Positions 20,314-29,225 of a stretch of DNA of 36,778 nt are shown in pieces. Location: positions 1 to 36,778 of IMG/VR virus record IMGVR_UViG_3300038674_000396; one strand, written 5' to 3'. Numbering within the stretch: position 1 is the stretch's first letter; the number at the start of each line of letters is the position of its first letter. The position numbers were made by a program, and so were the translations under genes. The notes beneath the pieces were generated by a model. That model was not told the DNA's origin, made no database searches, and saw only the letters and a list, made by a program, of their open reading frames with translations. The DNA is from a virus. Lineage: Duplodnaviria > Caudoviricetes.

Positions 20314-20358
20314 AGCCCCTCCTGTATTTGAGCAATTTCAAAATACAGGAGGGGCTAT
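20312..20358 (-). promoter_or_regulatory. 18-bp perfect hairpin sequestering the HNH RBS and part of the start codon
   Basis: ATAGCCCCTCCTGTATTT (20312-20329) / AAATACAGGAGGGGCTAT (20341-20358); on the mRNA the 3' arm is AAAUACAGGAGGGGCUAU(G). Confidence 0.8.
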
Positions 20359-20389
20359 AGGTAGTCAATTAAAATAAATCTGGGGAAGT

Positions 20390-20409
20390 GGGCACTTTTG
20401 CAAGTGCCC
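20390..20409 (-). terminator. Hairpin after the tail tube gene (weak terminator or mRNA stabiliser)
   Basis: GGGCACTT-GCAA-AAGTGCCC on the minus strand; U-tract is displaced from the stem. Confidence 0.5.
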
Positions 20410-20420
20410 GTTATTGTTGA

Positions 20421-21311
20421 TTAATCCCAGTAGATACGTCCCAAAGGCTTCTGGTTCCACACAGAGTTGCCCCCGCTGACCTCATCGTCGGCCCTTTTCG
20501 CTTCAAAGGTAATGGTCGGCGCGGCGTTGTCAGAAGCCGAGAAGCCGAGTTCCAGGTTCGAAGTCACGTTGGCACGCGGGAAGATGATGTACATGTGGTG
20601 CGCACCATCAGGGTACGTATACACAGCTTCCATGCGGATGAACTCAGGAGCCTTCATACCGCCCAGGCCGATTTCACCACTGTGATTATCGGCGTAGCCA
20701 GTTTTCGAAGTGGAGAAGCGGGCACGATCTCCATTAGCCCAGGTACCGGTGAACTTGTTCGCCGGGATGGTGATGGCCAGCGTGGCGTTGATCTGGAACG
20801 TGGATTCAGTACCGACAGTACCAGCACCGGTGACAGCACCGACGTTGAAGCCTTCAATGGAGTACGCCGTAGCCGAAGTAAACTTCACAGTGAAGGTATC
20901 GATGGCACAAGTAGCGGCGCAGACGATGGGCTTGGACACATCATCAGCCACAGTACCGAGAGAGCTTGCGATAACGGCAACCGGAGAAGCCGCAACGCCA
21001 GCGCCCACGCTGAACGGATCAAGACCACGAGCCAGGGCCATGTTCTTGGGGGTGATTTCCTTGAACGCGCACTCGAAAGAGCACGTTTCGGAAAGGGGAA
21101 CAGACATATCTTCCAGCGCCGGGAAACCAGAAGTGAGCTTCCAGTACTCGACGTTAGAAGTCATCTTGGTATCAGCCATTGCGCCCATCGAGTCAGACGA
21201 AAGCAAACAGCTATTCGCGTTACTGACGTTTGCGGCGGAAGCACCGACGCGAATCTGAGCGAGGCCCAGTGCGACGGTGGAAACATCTCTTGTGACCGGT
21301 CCAGTTCTCAT
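20421..21311 (-). CDS. Major tail (tube) protein with an internal beta-rich insertion
   Basis: 296 aa, AGGAGG RBS, strongly biased codons; FECAFKEITPKNMALA and IIFPRANVTSNLEL...TITFEA tube motifs; canonical position. Confidence 0.85.
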   Translation of the reverse strand: MRTGPVTRDVSTVALGLAQIRVGASAANVSNANSCLLSSDSMGAMADTKMTSNVEYWKLTSGFPALEDMSVPLSETCSFECAFKEITPKNMALARGLDPFSVGAGVAASPVAVIASSLGTVADDVSKPIVCAATCAIDTFTVKFTSATAYSIEGFNVGAVTGAGTVGTESTFQINATLAITIPANKFTGTWANGDRARFSTSKTGYADNHSGEIGLGGMKAPEFIRMEAVYTYPDGAHHMYIIFPRANVTSNLELGFSASDNAAPTITFEAKRADDEVSGGNSVWNQKPLGRIYWD

Positions 21312-21539
21312 TTAATCCTCCTTGACCTTATTTTCCGTGATCGGAACGTGCATCAACACGTTTTCGTGACCACACCCTGTATGCCAACATTTCAACTTCA
21401 AAGAACCATGAATGAACAGATTGACCGGTGGTTCTTTGCCACCCGAACGCTTACCAAACATAAAGTGCCAGACTCCGTTTGGGTATCGGCGTATAATGGG
21501 TTTCCCGCACTTTTGGCATCGAATGATTATTGCGCTCAT
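21312..21539 (-). CDS. Small zinc-ribbon protein (Mu Com-like)
   Basis: IRCQKCGK...LKLKCWHTGCGHEN; ATG 21539 in ATGA overlap with the upstream stop. Confidence 0.7.
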   Translation of the reverse strand: MSAIIIRCQKCGKPIIRRYPNGVWHFMFGKRSGGKEPPVNLFIHGSLKLKCWHTGCGHENVLMHVPITENKVKED

Positions 21540-21997
21540 AAGGTTCCGCTCCAAGCAAACACCAGCTGGGTGGGGCAGACTTTGGTTTCGTCAGAGAGCG
21601 AAAACTCCTTCATTGGTGTGATCCTTGCCAACCACATCGTTGAAGTTTGAACCAGAGCACCATTCTTTACCTCGTAGAACGGGATTCGTTTATTCCCATC
21701 CGGCATGGCCGGATCAGAGAAAAATCCATGAACACTATCAAATATCTCGTCGCTCTTCAGACCCTCAGGATCTTCCCGAGTGAGAATGAAAATCTCTACT
21801 GTACCTTCACACGTGCCCTCAAAATCAAGTGTGCCGAAGTTCACAGAGATCCATTCTTTGATACTTGTATCAGTTACGGTAGCGTCGGTCAAGCTCTTGT
21901 CGTACACAACATGAAGGGCAGGAGACAGTGCAGCAGCCTGAGCGTCAATGAAATTTGATACGGATATCTTGAATCCACGCTTACTCAACGCGACCAT
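21536..21997 (-). CDS. Tail completion / terminator protein (putative)
   Basis: 153 aa; size and position upstream of the tail tube; AAGGGG RBS. Confidence 0.6.
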   Translation of the reverse strand: MVALSKRGFKISVSNFIDAQAAALSPALHVVYDKSLTDATVTDTSIKEWISVNFGTLDFEGTCEGTVEIFILTREDPEGLKSDEIFDSVHGFFSDPAMPDGNKRIPFYEVKNGALVQTSTMWLARITPMKEFSLSDETKVCPTQLVFAWSGTL

Positions 21998-22202
21998 CGT
22001 TTATCCCCTTATTGAATTCATCTAGGAACTTAACAAAGTCATTGAATTCCTTGTAAGCTCTCTCGTTCTCAGGGTCTTTCATATCAAGTTCCACCACTGT
22101 TGCATCAGTGCAGCGGAGAATGGAACGAAGGATAGAAATTGGAATTTCCATAGTAACGTGTATTTCTCTGGCTTGTACTGCCAGGATTCTTACTTCACTC
22201 AT
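21981..22202 (-). CDS. Hypothetical protein (73 aa)
   Basis: ATG 22202 with GGAG upstream; overlaps both neighbouring genes. Confidence 0.65.
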   Translation of the reverse strand: MSEVRILAVQAREIHVTMEIPISILRSILRCTDATVVELDMKDPENERAYKEFNDFVKFLDEFNKGINDGRVE

Positions 22203-22776
22203 CTCCGCCCTTCCCCGAATAGAAGTTTGATCTGGCCTTGGTGTTTGTAGCACCACGTGCCAGCATCTTCTCAACCGTCATTTTTACACGACCCTCACCA
22301 ACATAAGCCTCAAATGCCCTGGCTACTATGGGTCTAGCTTCCTGATGCTTCGTGCCGTACTCAAACCAAGAAAGCCTGAACCACAAAGGATATTCTCTGG
22401 AAGAAATTTCTTTTTCTTTAATACCTACGATCCAACCCCTATGCTTCTTTTCTCCACCAATGTTAGTACGAAAAGCAGAAAGACCGCTGTACATTTCTCC
22501 TGTCTGCCAACCCATTTTCTTATGGTAAGCGTACTTGTACGTATCCTTCCTATCGGCCAACGGGATAGTACCACTAGCTAGAGCATTCTTCAAGTAAACA
22601 AGAAAATTCTCAGCCATGTTTTTGCTCATACGTGCTGTTCCCATATCGGAAATATCAACGTACTCGCGCTTGGCTATATTCAATCTGGTAATGAAATCAT
22701 TGGCCCAATCGTCAACCCAAAAACCATAACCCACGCTCAAGCGATAGGGCTCTTTCTTAGTTGGGTTGAGTGACAT
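22195..22776 (-). CDS. Neck / tail completion protein, HK97 gp10-like
   Basis: FEYGTKHQEARPIVARAF resembles the gp10 E.GT....P motif; position in the neck cluster. Confidence 0.7.
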   Translation of the reverse strand: MSLNPTKKEPYRLSVGYGFWVDDWANDFITRLNIAKREYVDISDMGTARMSKNMAENFLVYLKNALASGTIPLADRKDTYKYAYHKKMGWQTGEMYSGLSAFRTNIGGEKKHRGWIVGIKEKEISSREYPLWFRLSWFEYGTKHQEARPIVARAFEAYVGEGRVKMTVEKMLARGATNTKARSNFYSGKGGDE

Positions 22777-22778
22777 GG

Positions 22779-23402
22779 CTAGGCCCTCGTGTCTTCTTCA
22801 AGGTCACAAACTACAACACCATTGAAACGGTAATGCTCTACGTTGGACACTTTGTAGTATTCGCCACTAGGAAGAACCACACGATCAAGCACCTGCGGAG
22901 CATAAATTTCAGGAAAGTATATGATCTTTTCCTTAGTAGCGAACTGCAAGAAAGGCTGAAAGTCGTTCAAGTCGGAGGGGTTGCCACGCATAGACGAAGT
23001 GATGGGCGCAGGCAGCACTTGAATAGTCTGCCAAGTAGGCGTTATTTTGCGTGTCACAGGGTCTCTAACCGAGTCTGACAGCCTTTTGAGTGTCGCCGTA
23101 GTGTTGCACTTGTAGAGCGTGGTAGAGATGATTACAACCTGATCTTCAAACAACTCAGGGGAATAGTTGACGACGAGGTACGTCAAATTCTTACCCACAA
23201 ATTTGACAAGACTTCCCGGCTGGATCTTTGTAGTAGCCTTCATCGTGCCTTCAATAAAGTGCTCACGAATAAAGGGGTTGGACACTTGGACGTTCTGTTC
23301 AACGTCTATGTATTCTCTGATAACAGGAGAGGACCCTACTATTTCTACCAGAGTCCCTATTTCCTCGAATACAGCAGCAAGATCGTCTTGCAATCCAGCC
23401 AT
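22779..23402 (-). CDS. Head closure / head-tail joining protein (putative)
   Basis: 207 aa, beta-rich, DRVVL..GEYYKV..V pattern; position in the neck cluster. Confidence 0.6.
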   Translation of the reverse strand: MAGLQDDLAAVFEEIGTLVEIVGSSPVIREYIDVEQNVQVSNPFIREHFIEGTMKATTKIQPGSLVKFVGKNLTYLVVNYSPELFEDQVVIISTTLYKCNTTATLKRLSDSVRDPVTRKITPTWQTIQVLPAPITSSMRGNPSDLNDFQPFLQFATKEKIIYFPEIYAPQVLDRVVLPSGEYYKVSNVEHYRFNGVVVCDLEEDTRA

Positions 23403-23409
23403 AAATCAC

Positions 23410-23841
23410 CTATCCTGTGATGTACTGACCAAAAACATTGTATTCCCTGGCATTGGGAATGTACGTAATCCAGCGAGTCAAAGTGTCAGGATCAACATAA
23501 ATAGAACCGGCGAACAACTCAGGATTGGCTTTCTTGGCCTCTTCGTACTGAGAATCAAGCATCTTCAAAATAGTGCTGTAGTGCTCAAACCTGTTCTGCA
23601 AATGGATCTGTTTGTACCGAAATTTTCTGGCGGCTTCCAGCATCAGAATAAAGATGGCGTGCCGTACTGCTCTCTCAAGGACCCAGTGCTCCTTAAGAGG
23701 GTGGTCAACCGGAATTGACCACCCGAGTTCTCTTAGCGCGGAATTGATTGCATCGGCATAAGCGTCATCCAGTAAAGAATCAGCCGTAACACCGAATTTC
23801 GGCTTCAATACCTCAATAGCAGCGTCTACAGATGCAATCAT
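23410..23841 (-). CDS. Head-tail adaptor protein (putative)
   Basis: 143 aa helical protein two genes downstream of the capsid. Confidence 0.55.
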   Translation of the reverse strand: MIASVDAAIEVLKPKFGVTADSLLDDAYADAINSALRELGWSIPVDHPLKEHWVLERAVRHAIFILMLEAARKFRYKQIHLQNRFEHYSTILKMLDSQYEEAKKANPELFAGSIYVDPDTLTRWITYIPNAREYNVFGQYITG

Positions 23842-23849
23842 GATTCTAC

Positions 23850-24233
23850 CTACTTCTTGGCAGAGATTCTGCGCGGTTTCGTGATTTTAGTAGGGGAAGG
23901 GACGGTTTCAGCCGCCGTGGTCGCGTCAGCCTGAGTACCCAAAGGAGGATGTGCATCACCACTTTCTTCTGCCTCCCCCTCACCAGAAGAAACTTCGTCC
24001 AGAGATTCTGAGGCGACGGACACAGCCGCCACCTCAGGTTCCGGAATATTGTTGTAATCCCGGGGGTCCAGGCATTCAACCAGCCCCCGGGGGTCTTTCA
24101 TTTCCGCAATGAGCACTTCCCTCAGTTCCTCGGGAAAGTTAGGGCTTTCGGTATCGTAGATACCGGGGCCAATAGTTCCGCTGAGAATACCGAGAGCACT
24201 TGCTTTCAGAGTAGTTTTTACGCTGAATTTCAT
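23850..24233 (-). CDS. Hypothetical protein with acidic low-complexity tail and basic end
   Basis: 127 aa, GGGGAG RBS, directly after the capsid gene. Confidence 0.7.
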   Translation of the reverse strand: MKFSVKTTLKASALGILSGTIGPGIYDTESPNFPEELREVLIAEMKDPRGLVECLDPRDYNNIPEPEVAAVSVASESLDEVSSGEGEAEESGDAHPPLGTQADATTAAETVPSPTKITKPRRISAKK

Positions 24234-24251
24234 TTCAACTCCCGGCCGCTA

Positions 24252-25475
24252 CTAGGCGACCTTCAGGGTTACGATGGTCTTGGGGTTGTACAGGACAGGC
24301 AGACCCTTGTCCTGAACGCGGACGAAAATGCCGTCCGGGTCCCACTCTTCCTTCTGGTCAGTGTACAGGCCCCAATGACGGCCAAGGCCGAACGGAGCTT
24401 CCATGAATTCCGCGATCTTCTCGCCCTCGAACTCATCGGTGAACATCATGACCTTGTTGTCCGGCACGAACTTCTTACGCATCTCGGCAACGTCACGGCC
24501 AGCACGGTAAGCGCCGGTGGTCACAGTAGCGAGGGTAAGAGTGTTGGTGGCGTAGTCGATGGAAGAGATCACATGCTCTTCCCACTGCTCATCCTTGGAC
24601 ATGTCATACAGGCGGACCTTACCGCCAACTTCCATATCCACGACATCTTCCACGACGACGGTGTTCGCGCCGATGCTGACGTTGGTAGCAACGTGGGAGC
24701 GGGCGGAGTACAGGTCATCGTACAGCTGGATGTTGCCAACGCCAAGCAGGCGGGCCAGAACGGGGGCAGGATTGGCGAACAGGTCGCCATCACCGAAGGT
24801 GGACTTCTTCAGAAGATCCTGGATGGAAGCATCGAAGAGCAGCAGACGCAGGGTCGTGCTGTTCATGATGGTGTACTTCGGAGCAGCCTGGATTTCGTTG
24901 GCGAACAGATCCTTCAGGTCGTACATGTCGCGCACGGGGTTACGAGCAGAGCCAGTGCCCCACTTGTCATTCGTGGCCAGTTCGATCTTGTGACGAGCGG
25001 GAATTTTGTAGTCCACGGTGAACTTCAGACCCTTCTCGGAGTTGTACGAGATCATGCCGTTGACCATCATCTGGGTAAGCATCCACTCGCGGCGACGTTC
25101 GCAACGATATTTCAGCTTGGCGAGGGTCTTGGCCAGACGCTTTTCGGCCTTGATGTACTTGAGGGAGGCTTCCGGCTCCATCATGTTGTTCAGGAAAACT
25201 TCATCGAAGAAGCGTTTTTCCTTGTAGTAGGCAGCGCGGGCCGACCCTTCACGCCACCAGAGGTCATCCGTCGTAACCGGGGCCGGAGAACCGGGAGCCA
25301 CGAACGGGGTCATGCCGATGGAACCACTTTCGAACATCCAGCGAATCGTATCCGATTCCTCCTGGGACGTACCGAAAAGTCCGGAAAAGAAATTCCCGCT
25401 CGGCTTGGGAATATTGGACACGAACTTGTTCAGCGTTTCGACACGCAGAGCCTTGATACCAGCACCTTTAGGCAT
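24252..25475 (-). CDS. Major capsid protein (lambda gpE family) with an insertion domain
   Basis: MTPFVAPGSP, CERRREWM..Q...G, VDYKIP..H, EEWDPDG......LPVL motifs; strong RBS and codon bias. Confidence 0.92.
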   Translation of the reverse strand: MPKGAGIKALRVETLNKFVSNIPKPSGNFFSGLFGTSQEESDTIRWMFESGSIGMTPFVAPGSPAPVTTDDLWWREGSARAAYYKEKRFFDEVFLNNMMEPEASLKYIKAEKRLAKTLAKLKYRCERRREWMLTQMMVNGMISYNSEKGLKFTVDYKIPARHKIELATNDKWGTGSARNPVRDMYDLKDLFANEIQAAPKYTIMNSTTLRLLLFDASIQDLLKKSTFGDGDLFANPAPVLARLLGVGNIQLYDDLYSARSHVATNVSIGANTVVVEDVVDMEVGGKVRLYDMSKDEQWEEHVISSIDYATNTLTLATVTTGAYRAGRDVAEMRKKFVPDNKVMMFTDEFEGEKIAEFMEAPFGLGRHWGLYTDQKEEWDPDGIFVRVQDKGLPVLYNPKTIVTLKVA

Positions 25476-25487
25476 TGTGCACTCTCC

Positions 25488-26189
25488 TTACTTCAGAATA
25501 ACGTACGGGCCGTCAACGACACCACCAAGGGCAGTGAGGGCCGTGGAATCGGAGCCGACCAGAGCATCAGCGTAAACAATCGCGTTGGAGATCACGACAG
25601 AAGAGTGTGCTCCATTCGGATTGTCATACTCACCAGTGCTCGTATGCTGGTCCATGATGTACTTCGCCGCCGACTTCTTGCCAGTGGTACCGGCCTTCAG
25701 ATAGCAGCAGGCGGACTTGGCAGTTTCGAAGTTGCCGGTGGTCACAGTAGCGAGGGTCACAGTGGCCATGCGGCCATCAGCATCCAGAACAACAGTGGAC
25801 ACCGTAGCCTCTTCATACGTACCGTCAGTATCCGTAAGGATGATGACATCGGCAGCCTTGATCTTGCCAGCATCTTCCTTCCAAATCTTGAACGTATTCG
25901 CGGCGTTGCAGCCAGTGACCAGCATCACGCGGCCCTTGTCGGCAGCACTGATGGTGTCAGGCACGTAGGGAATCAGAAAACCGGAATTGGAATCCACGGC
26001 CATGACCGTGCCCATTTCCAGATCGCCGTATCCGCCGCGGATGTTCTTCTGGATGATGAGCGCAATTTCGGGCTCGGAGAAGAACAGCCGCTTTTCGCGG
26101 AACTGCGGACCCATCACGTGGTTGACCTGCGGCAGATCACCGCCGATCCCGGCAGTCGTGATGTTGATACCGATGATTTTGTCAGACAT
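25488..26189 (-). CDS. Head decoration / cement protein with an insertion domain
   Basis: Between protease and capsid; GYGDLEMGTVMA...G..IPY motif; highly expressed codon style. Confidence 0.75.
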   Translation of the reverse strand: MSDKIIGINITTAGIGGDLPQVNHVMGPQFREKRLFFSEPEIALIIQKNIRGGYGDLEMGTVMAVDSNSGFLIPYVPDTISAADKGRVMLVTGCNAANTFKIWKEDAGKIKAADVIILTDTDGTYEEATVSTVVLDADGRMATVTLATVTTGNFETAKSACCYLKAGTTGKKSAAKYIMDQHTSTGEYDNPNGAHSSVVISNAIVYADALVGSDSTALTALGGVVDGPYVILK

Positions 26190-26201
26190 TGTTCACACTC
26201 C

Positions 26202-26684
26202 TTACTTGATGTGCTTCAGCATACGAGCGGCCACGGCATCATCATCCTTGTCCTCATCGGGGGCAATGCCGGTCTCTTCAGCTTTGTTTTCAGTGGAAAG
26301 ACCCTTGATCTCGGGTTCCTTCTTGCCGAATTCGGCAGCAGCCGACCACTCGGCAAGTTCAGCGTCCACGGCGTCCTTGTATTTTTCCGAGGCCAGAACG
26401 CCCTTCTCATCCACGAACGCCTTGTGATCCACGACCTTGGACAGCTTCGGCTTGAGAGCCTTGGGGATGTCGCTGGCAGCAAAAGAAGCATCGAAGATGT
26501 TCTTGGCCAGGGTTTCGGACATCTCGATGTTGGCCGTAATAAGGTCACGCTGATCATTCTTCAGCTGGGCGTTGTCCTTCTCCAGGGCATCCAACTGAGC
26601 CTGATCAACCATACCGGCCTTCGCATCCGCTTCGATAGCGGCGTAAAGCTCCGGATGTTTCTCTTTCAGTTCAGCTTTGGTCAT
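26202..26684 (-). CDS. Nested in-frame scaffolding protein (Nu3-like), MTKAELKEKHPELY...
   Basis: Internal ATG 26684 preceded by GAAGGAGGAATC; codon usage shifts to the capsid-like style from here. Confidence 0.75.
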   Translation of the reverse strand: MTKAELKEKHPELYAAIEADAKAGMVDQAQLDALEKDNAQLKNDQRDLITANIEMSETLAKNIFDASFAASDIPKALKPKLSKVVDHKAFVDEKGVLASEKYKDAVDAELAEWSAAAEFGKKEPEIKGLSTENKAEETGIAPDEDKDDDAVAARMLKHIK

Positions 26685-27611
26685 GATTCCTCCTTCATCA
26701 ACGAAATCATTTTCAGTTGTTTCTCCCAATACTACGGTAGCGTCAACTTCGTCAACCGCTTCCATAGAAAGTCGGGAATTTTTGGAAGTACCTTGCGCGG
26801 CAAGACGCGATACTACCTTTTGCAACGAACTAACTTCATGTGCCATACGGAAATTGACGGCATCCATTCCCACCCGAATACCGCCTTTACCGAAGTTTTC
26901 TTTCACATAGGCAATGTCGTTAATTCCGAAATTACGAGATAAACGCTCGAAAAACACTTCAGCCATGCTGTCCAGATAACGGACGACTTCTTCCTTGTCT
27001 TCCTTATTCTCCGGATTCAGCCGTTTACGGGGGGAGTTGGAGTTGACGATTTCAACATAGGTTCCATCATTCTTGGGCATAGCAACAACTACACCGACAG
27101 AACCAAGCCTTGCCGTAGCATCCACTGACAGCCGATCCACAGCAGAAGACATCCAGAAACTCGCAGAAGCAGAAGTTCCACCAACGTAACCTTCGATAGG
27201 TTTGCGTCCGCGTGCTTCATAAATCTTATCTGAGAATTCGTTGATGCCCGTCGCATGTCCGCCAGGAGAATCAAAGTAGAAAAGAATCTTTCCCACAGAG
27301 TCATCATTAAGAGCGGATTCGAACTGGGAATTCAGCATGTCGAGGTCTGTAATGCCGCAGACCCTGGAGAACATTGTAGCGCGGGGGATGATCGGGCCGA
27401 TAACGGGAATGATTGCCACATCGGTTCCAGCTACAGCACTTTGTAGGACTGTTCTTGCCCGCTCATTCTCCTCTTTGACAAGCATAGCCTCTTCCCGATC
27501 ACCTTCGCCGTTAACCACACTGATGAGAAGCTGCAGGTAGTTCTCATCAATTAACCACTGCGAAGAGCAGATAGCTGATAGGATATGCTTATTTTTTAAC
27601 ATCTTTTTCAT
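26202..27611 (-). CDS. Prohead protease (S49/SppA family) fused to scaffold
   Basis: FDSPGG, SASASFWMSSA..., GSVGVV motifs; acidic coiled-coil C-terminus. Confidence 0.92.
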   Translation of the reverse strand: MKKMLKNKHILSAICSSQWLIDENYLQLLISVVNGEGDREEAMLVKEENERARTVLQSAVAGTDVAIIPVIGPIIPRATMFSRVCGITDLDMLNSQFESALNDDSVGKILFYFDSPGGHATGINEFSDKIYEARGRKPIEGYVGGTSASASFWMSSAVDRLSVDATARLGSVGVVVAMPKNDGTYVEIVNSNSPRKRLNPENKEDKEEVVRYLDSMAEVFFERLSRNFGINDIAYVKENFGKGGIRVGMDAVNFRMAHEVSSLQKVVSRLAAQGTSKNSRLSMEAVDEVDATVVLGETTENDFVDEGGIMTKAELKEKHPELYAAIEADAKAGMVDQAQLDALEKDNAQLKNDQRDLITANIEMSETLAKNIFDASFAASDIPKALKPKLSKVVDHKAFVDEKGVLASEKYKDAVDAELAEWSAAAEFGKKEPEIKGLSTENKAEETGIAPDEDKDDDAVAARMLKHIK

Positions 27612-29214
27612 CCTTTTTCACCTGCTTGTCCTTTTTAGCACCTTCAAGCTCTTTGTTTTCTTGCTGAGATTCTGCATCCTCAGCATCAACCGCAGATGCC
27701 AATGTCGGATATTTAGCATCCTCTGCCGCGTGTTGCAACCTCATTCTTGTATAATTTCGGAAGCCAAGACGGCGAGCTACCACAGACGGAGGAATACCGA
27801 GCGTATCAACAACCGAGCCGTGCTTGACGCCAAGCAGACCCTTAGCCACAGATTCAATATCATTGACTTCAGATGTCGGGAACGTCACCTCCATTGATTC
27901 CCATATAGGCATTTTCTTTTTGCCCTTAATGGGGTTTTTCGATTTGTCGAAACCAGTAACAACTTCCGCATCGCGCAGAAGTTTGAATTTCGGATCAAGT
28001 GCGGCTTTGATCCTGAAAATATGTTTCCAAAAATCGTACACAAGGAATCTACGCCAACGCTCAGTCTTTGTTTCCTTGCGATCTGCTTCAGGGCCACGGG
28101 AAGCTTTAACAGACGCATAAGTTCCACTGTTACTGCCTGTGACCATATCTTCCGAGCGGTTAAGACCGGAAATGACCATCTGCATAATGTCCGTGTCCGC
28201 ATCAGAAATCTTGCTGAGGTTGGGATTTACACAAGTCATGGTCATACCGGGGGGAAGCACAACAGTTCCGCCAGGAGTTTTGCTCTTGTAGAATCCAGTC
28301 GCCTCACGCTCTTCATCTGTCAAAGCAATCCACTTCTTGAAACTGGCCATGTCTTCAAACGTAGCAACCCACAAGTAAGCGCCCGAAGAACGCTTGTGGT
28401 CAATCTCGTACCGCTTCAATTCCTCATAGTGATTAGCCCACTCAATAACCGTGCGAAGATGAGAAATGTTCCGATCAGTAAACAGAGAGCGATCCCAAGC
28501 GATAACAAAAGTCTGAAAACCACCAAAAGGCTTGAAGATGCTCTTGGATGTTTTGTTGTAAATTGGATAGTTTTTGTCTTTAACAAGTTTGTGATTCCTG
28601 ACTCTGCCAGCCATGTCCTGAGGAAATTCAGAAACGTAGATGCTCGGAATGGCATGGGTTTTTTCCTTACCCTCTTCGTCCTTGATGTTCACTGCATAGT
28701 ACAAAGGCATGGAGGACTTATTTGGGTGATAGATCACGCCTTTGTGGTCATTGCCGTGTTCCAAAGCGGTCGGGGGTATGAAATCGATCTCAACAAAACC
28801 ATCATCATGGATGGTGGCCGAAAGAAATAACTCGCCCTCGATTTCCGCACGAATCACAAACTTCTCGAAGAACGAATAAAGTCTATTCCTGCTGTCAGTC
28901 AACATCTGGTAGATGTAGTCCTGGACATCTTCATATTCGGAATAGAACTCGAAATTTGCACCAGCAAGATAGCCACCTGTATCATCAACAGACGAATAAA
29001 CTTGCGGATTTGTGTTGAATTTTTCCCAACAAGCCTTCTGAAGCTGTGAAAAACCTTCAGCAGAATCTTCAGACATGCGGGCCACAACTGGAAAACCATC
29101 AGCATCTACCACCATTCCTTTCGAACCATCAGGCATGGTAAAAAGGAGATTACTTCCCATAATCTCTTCGTCTGTCATGCCTAAAATAGCTTTCTGGAAT
29201 TCTTCGTTTCGCAT
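27589..29214 (-). CDS. Portal protein
   Basis: 541 aa between terminase and protease; IEGELF, PGGTVVLPPG, GTYAS motifs. Confidence 0.85.
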   Translation of the reverse strand: MRNEEFQKAILGMTDEEIMGSNLLFTMPDGSKGMVVDADGFPVVARMSEDSAEGFSQLQKACWEKFNTNPQVYSSVDDTGGYLAGANFEFYSEYEDVQDYIYQMLTDSRNRLYSFFEKFVIRAEIEGELFLSATIHDDGFVEIDFIPPTALEHGNDHKGVIYHPNKSSMPLYYAVNIKDEEGKEKTHAIPSIYVSEFPQDMAGRVRNHKLVKDKNYPIYNKTSKSIFKPFGGFQTFVIAWDRSLFTDRNISHLRTVIEWANHYEELKRYEIDHKRSSGAYLWVATFEDMASFKKWIALTDEEREATGFYKSKTPGGTVVLPPGMTMTCVNPNLSKISDADTDIMQMVISGLNRSEDMVTGSNSGTYASVKASRGPEADRKETKTERWRRFLVYDFWKHIFRIKAALDPKFKLLRDAEVVTGFDKSKNPIKGKKKMPIWESMEVTFPTSEVNDIESVAKGLLGVKHGSVVDTLGIPPSVVARRLGFRNYTRMRLQHAAEDAKYPTLASAVDAEDAESQQENKELEGAKKDKQVKKDEKDVKK

Positions 29215-29225
29215 GGAACCTCCGA

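Noticed and set aside
19600-20420. Group I intron around the HNH gene
   Set aside because: Flanking genes look intact, the intergenic space is too short and no intron core motifs are visible.
24375-26942. 855-aa plus-strand ORF (and the 351-aa ORF at 20595-21650)
   Set aside because: Antisense shadows of strongly codon-biased capsid, decoration, scaffold and tail tube genes; no RBS and not protein-like.
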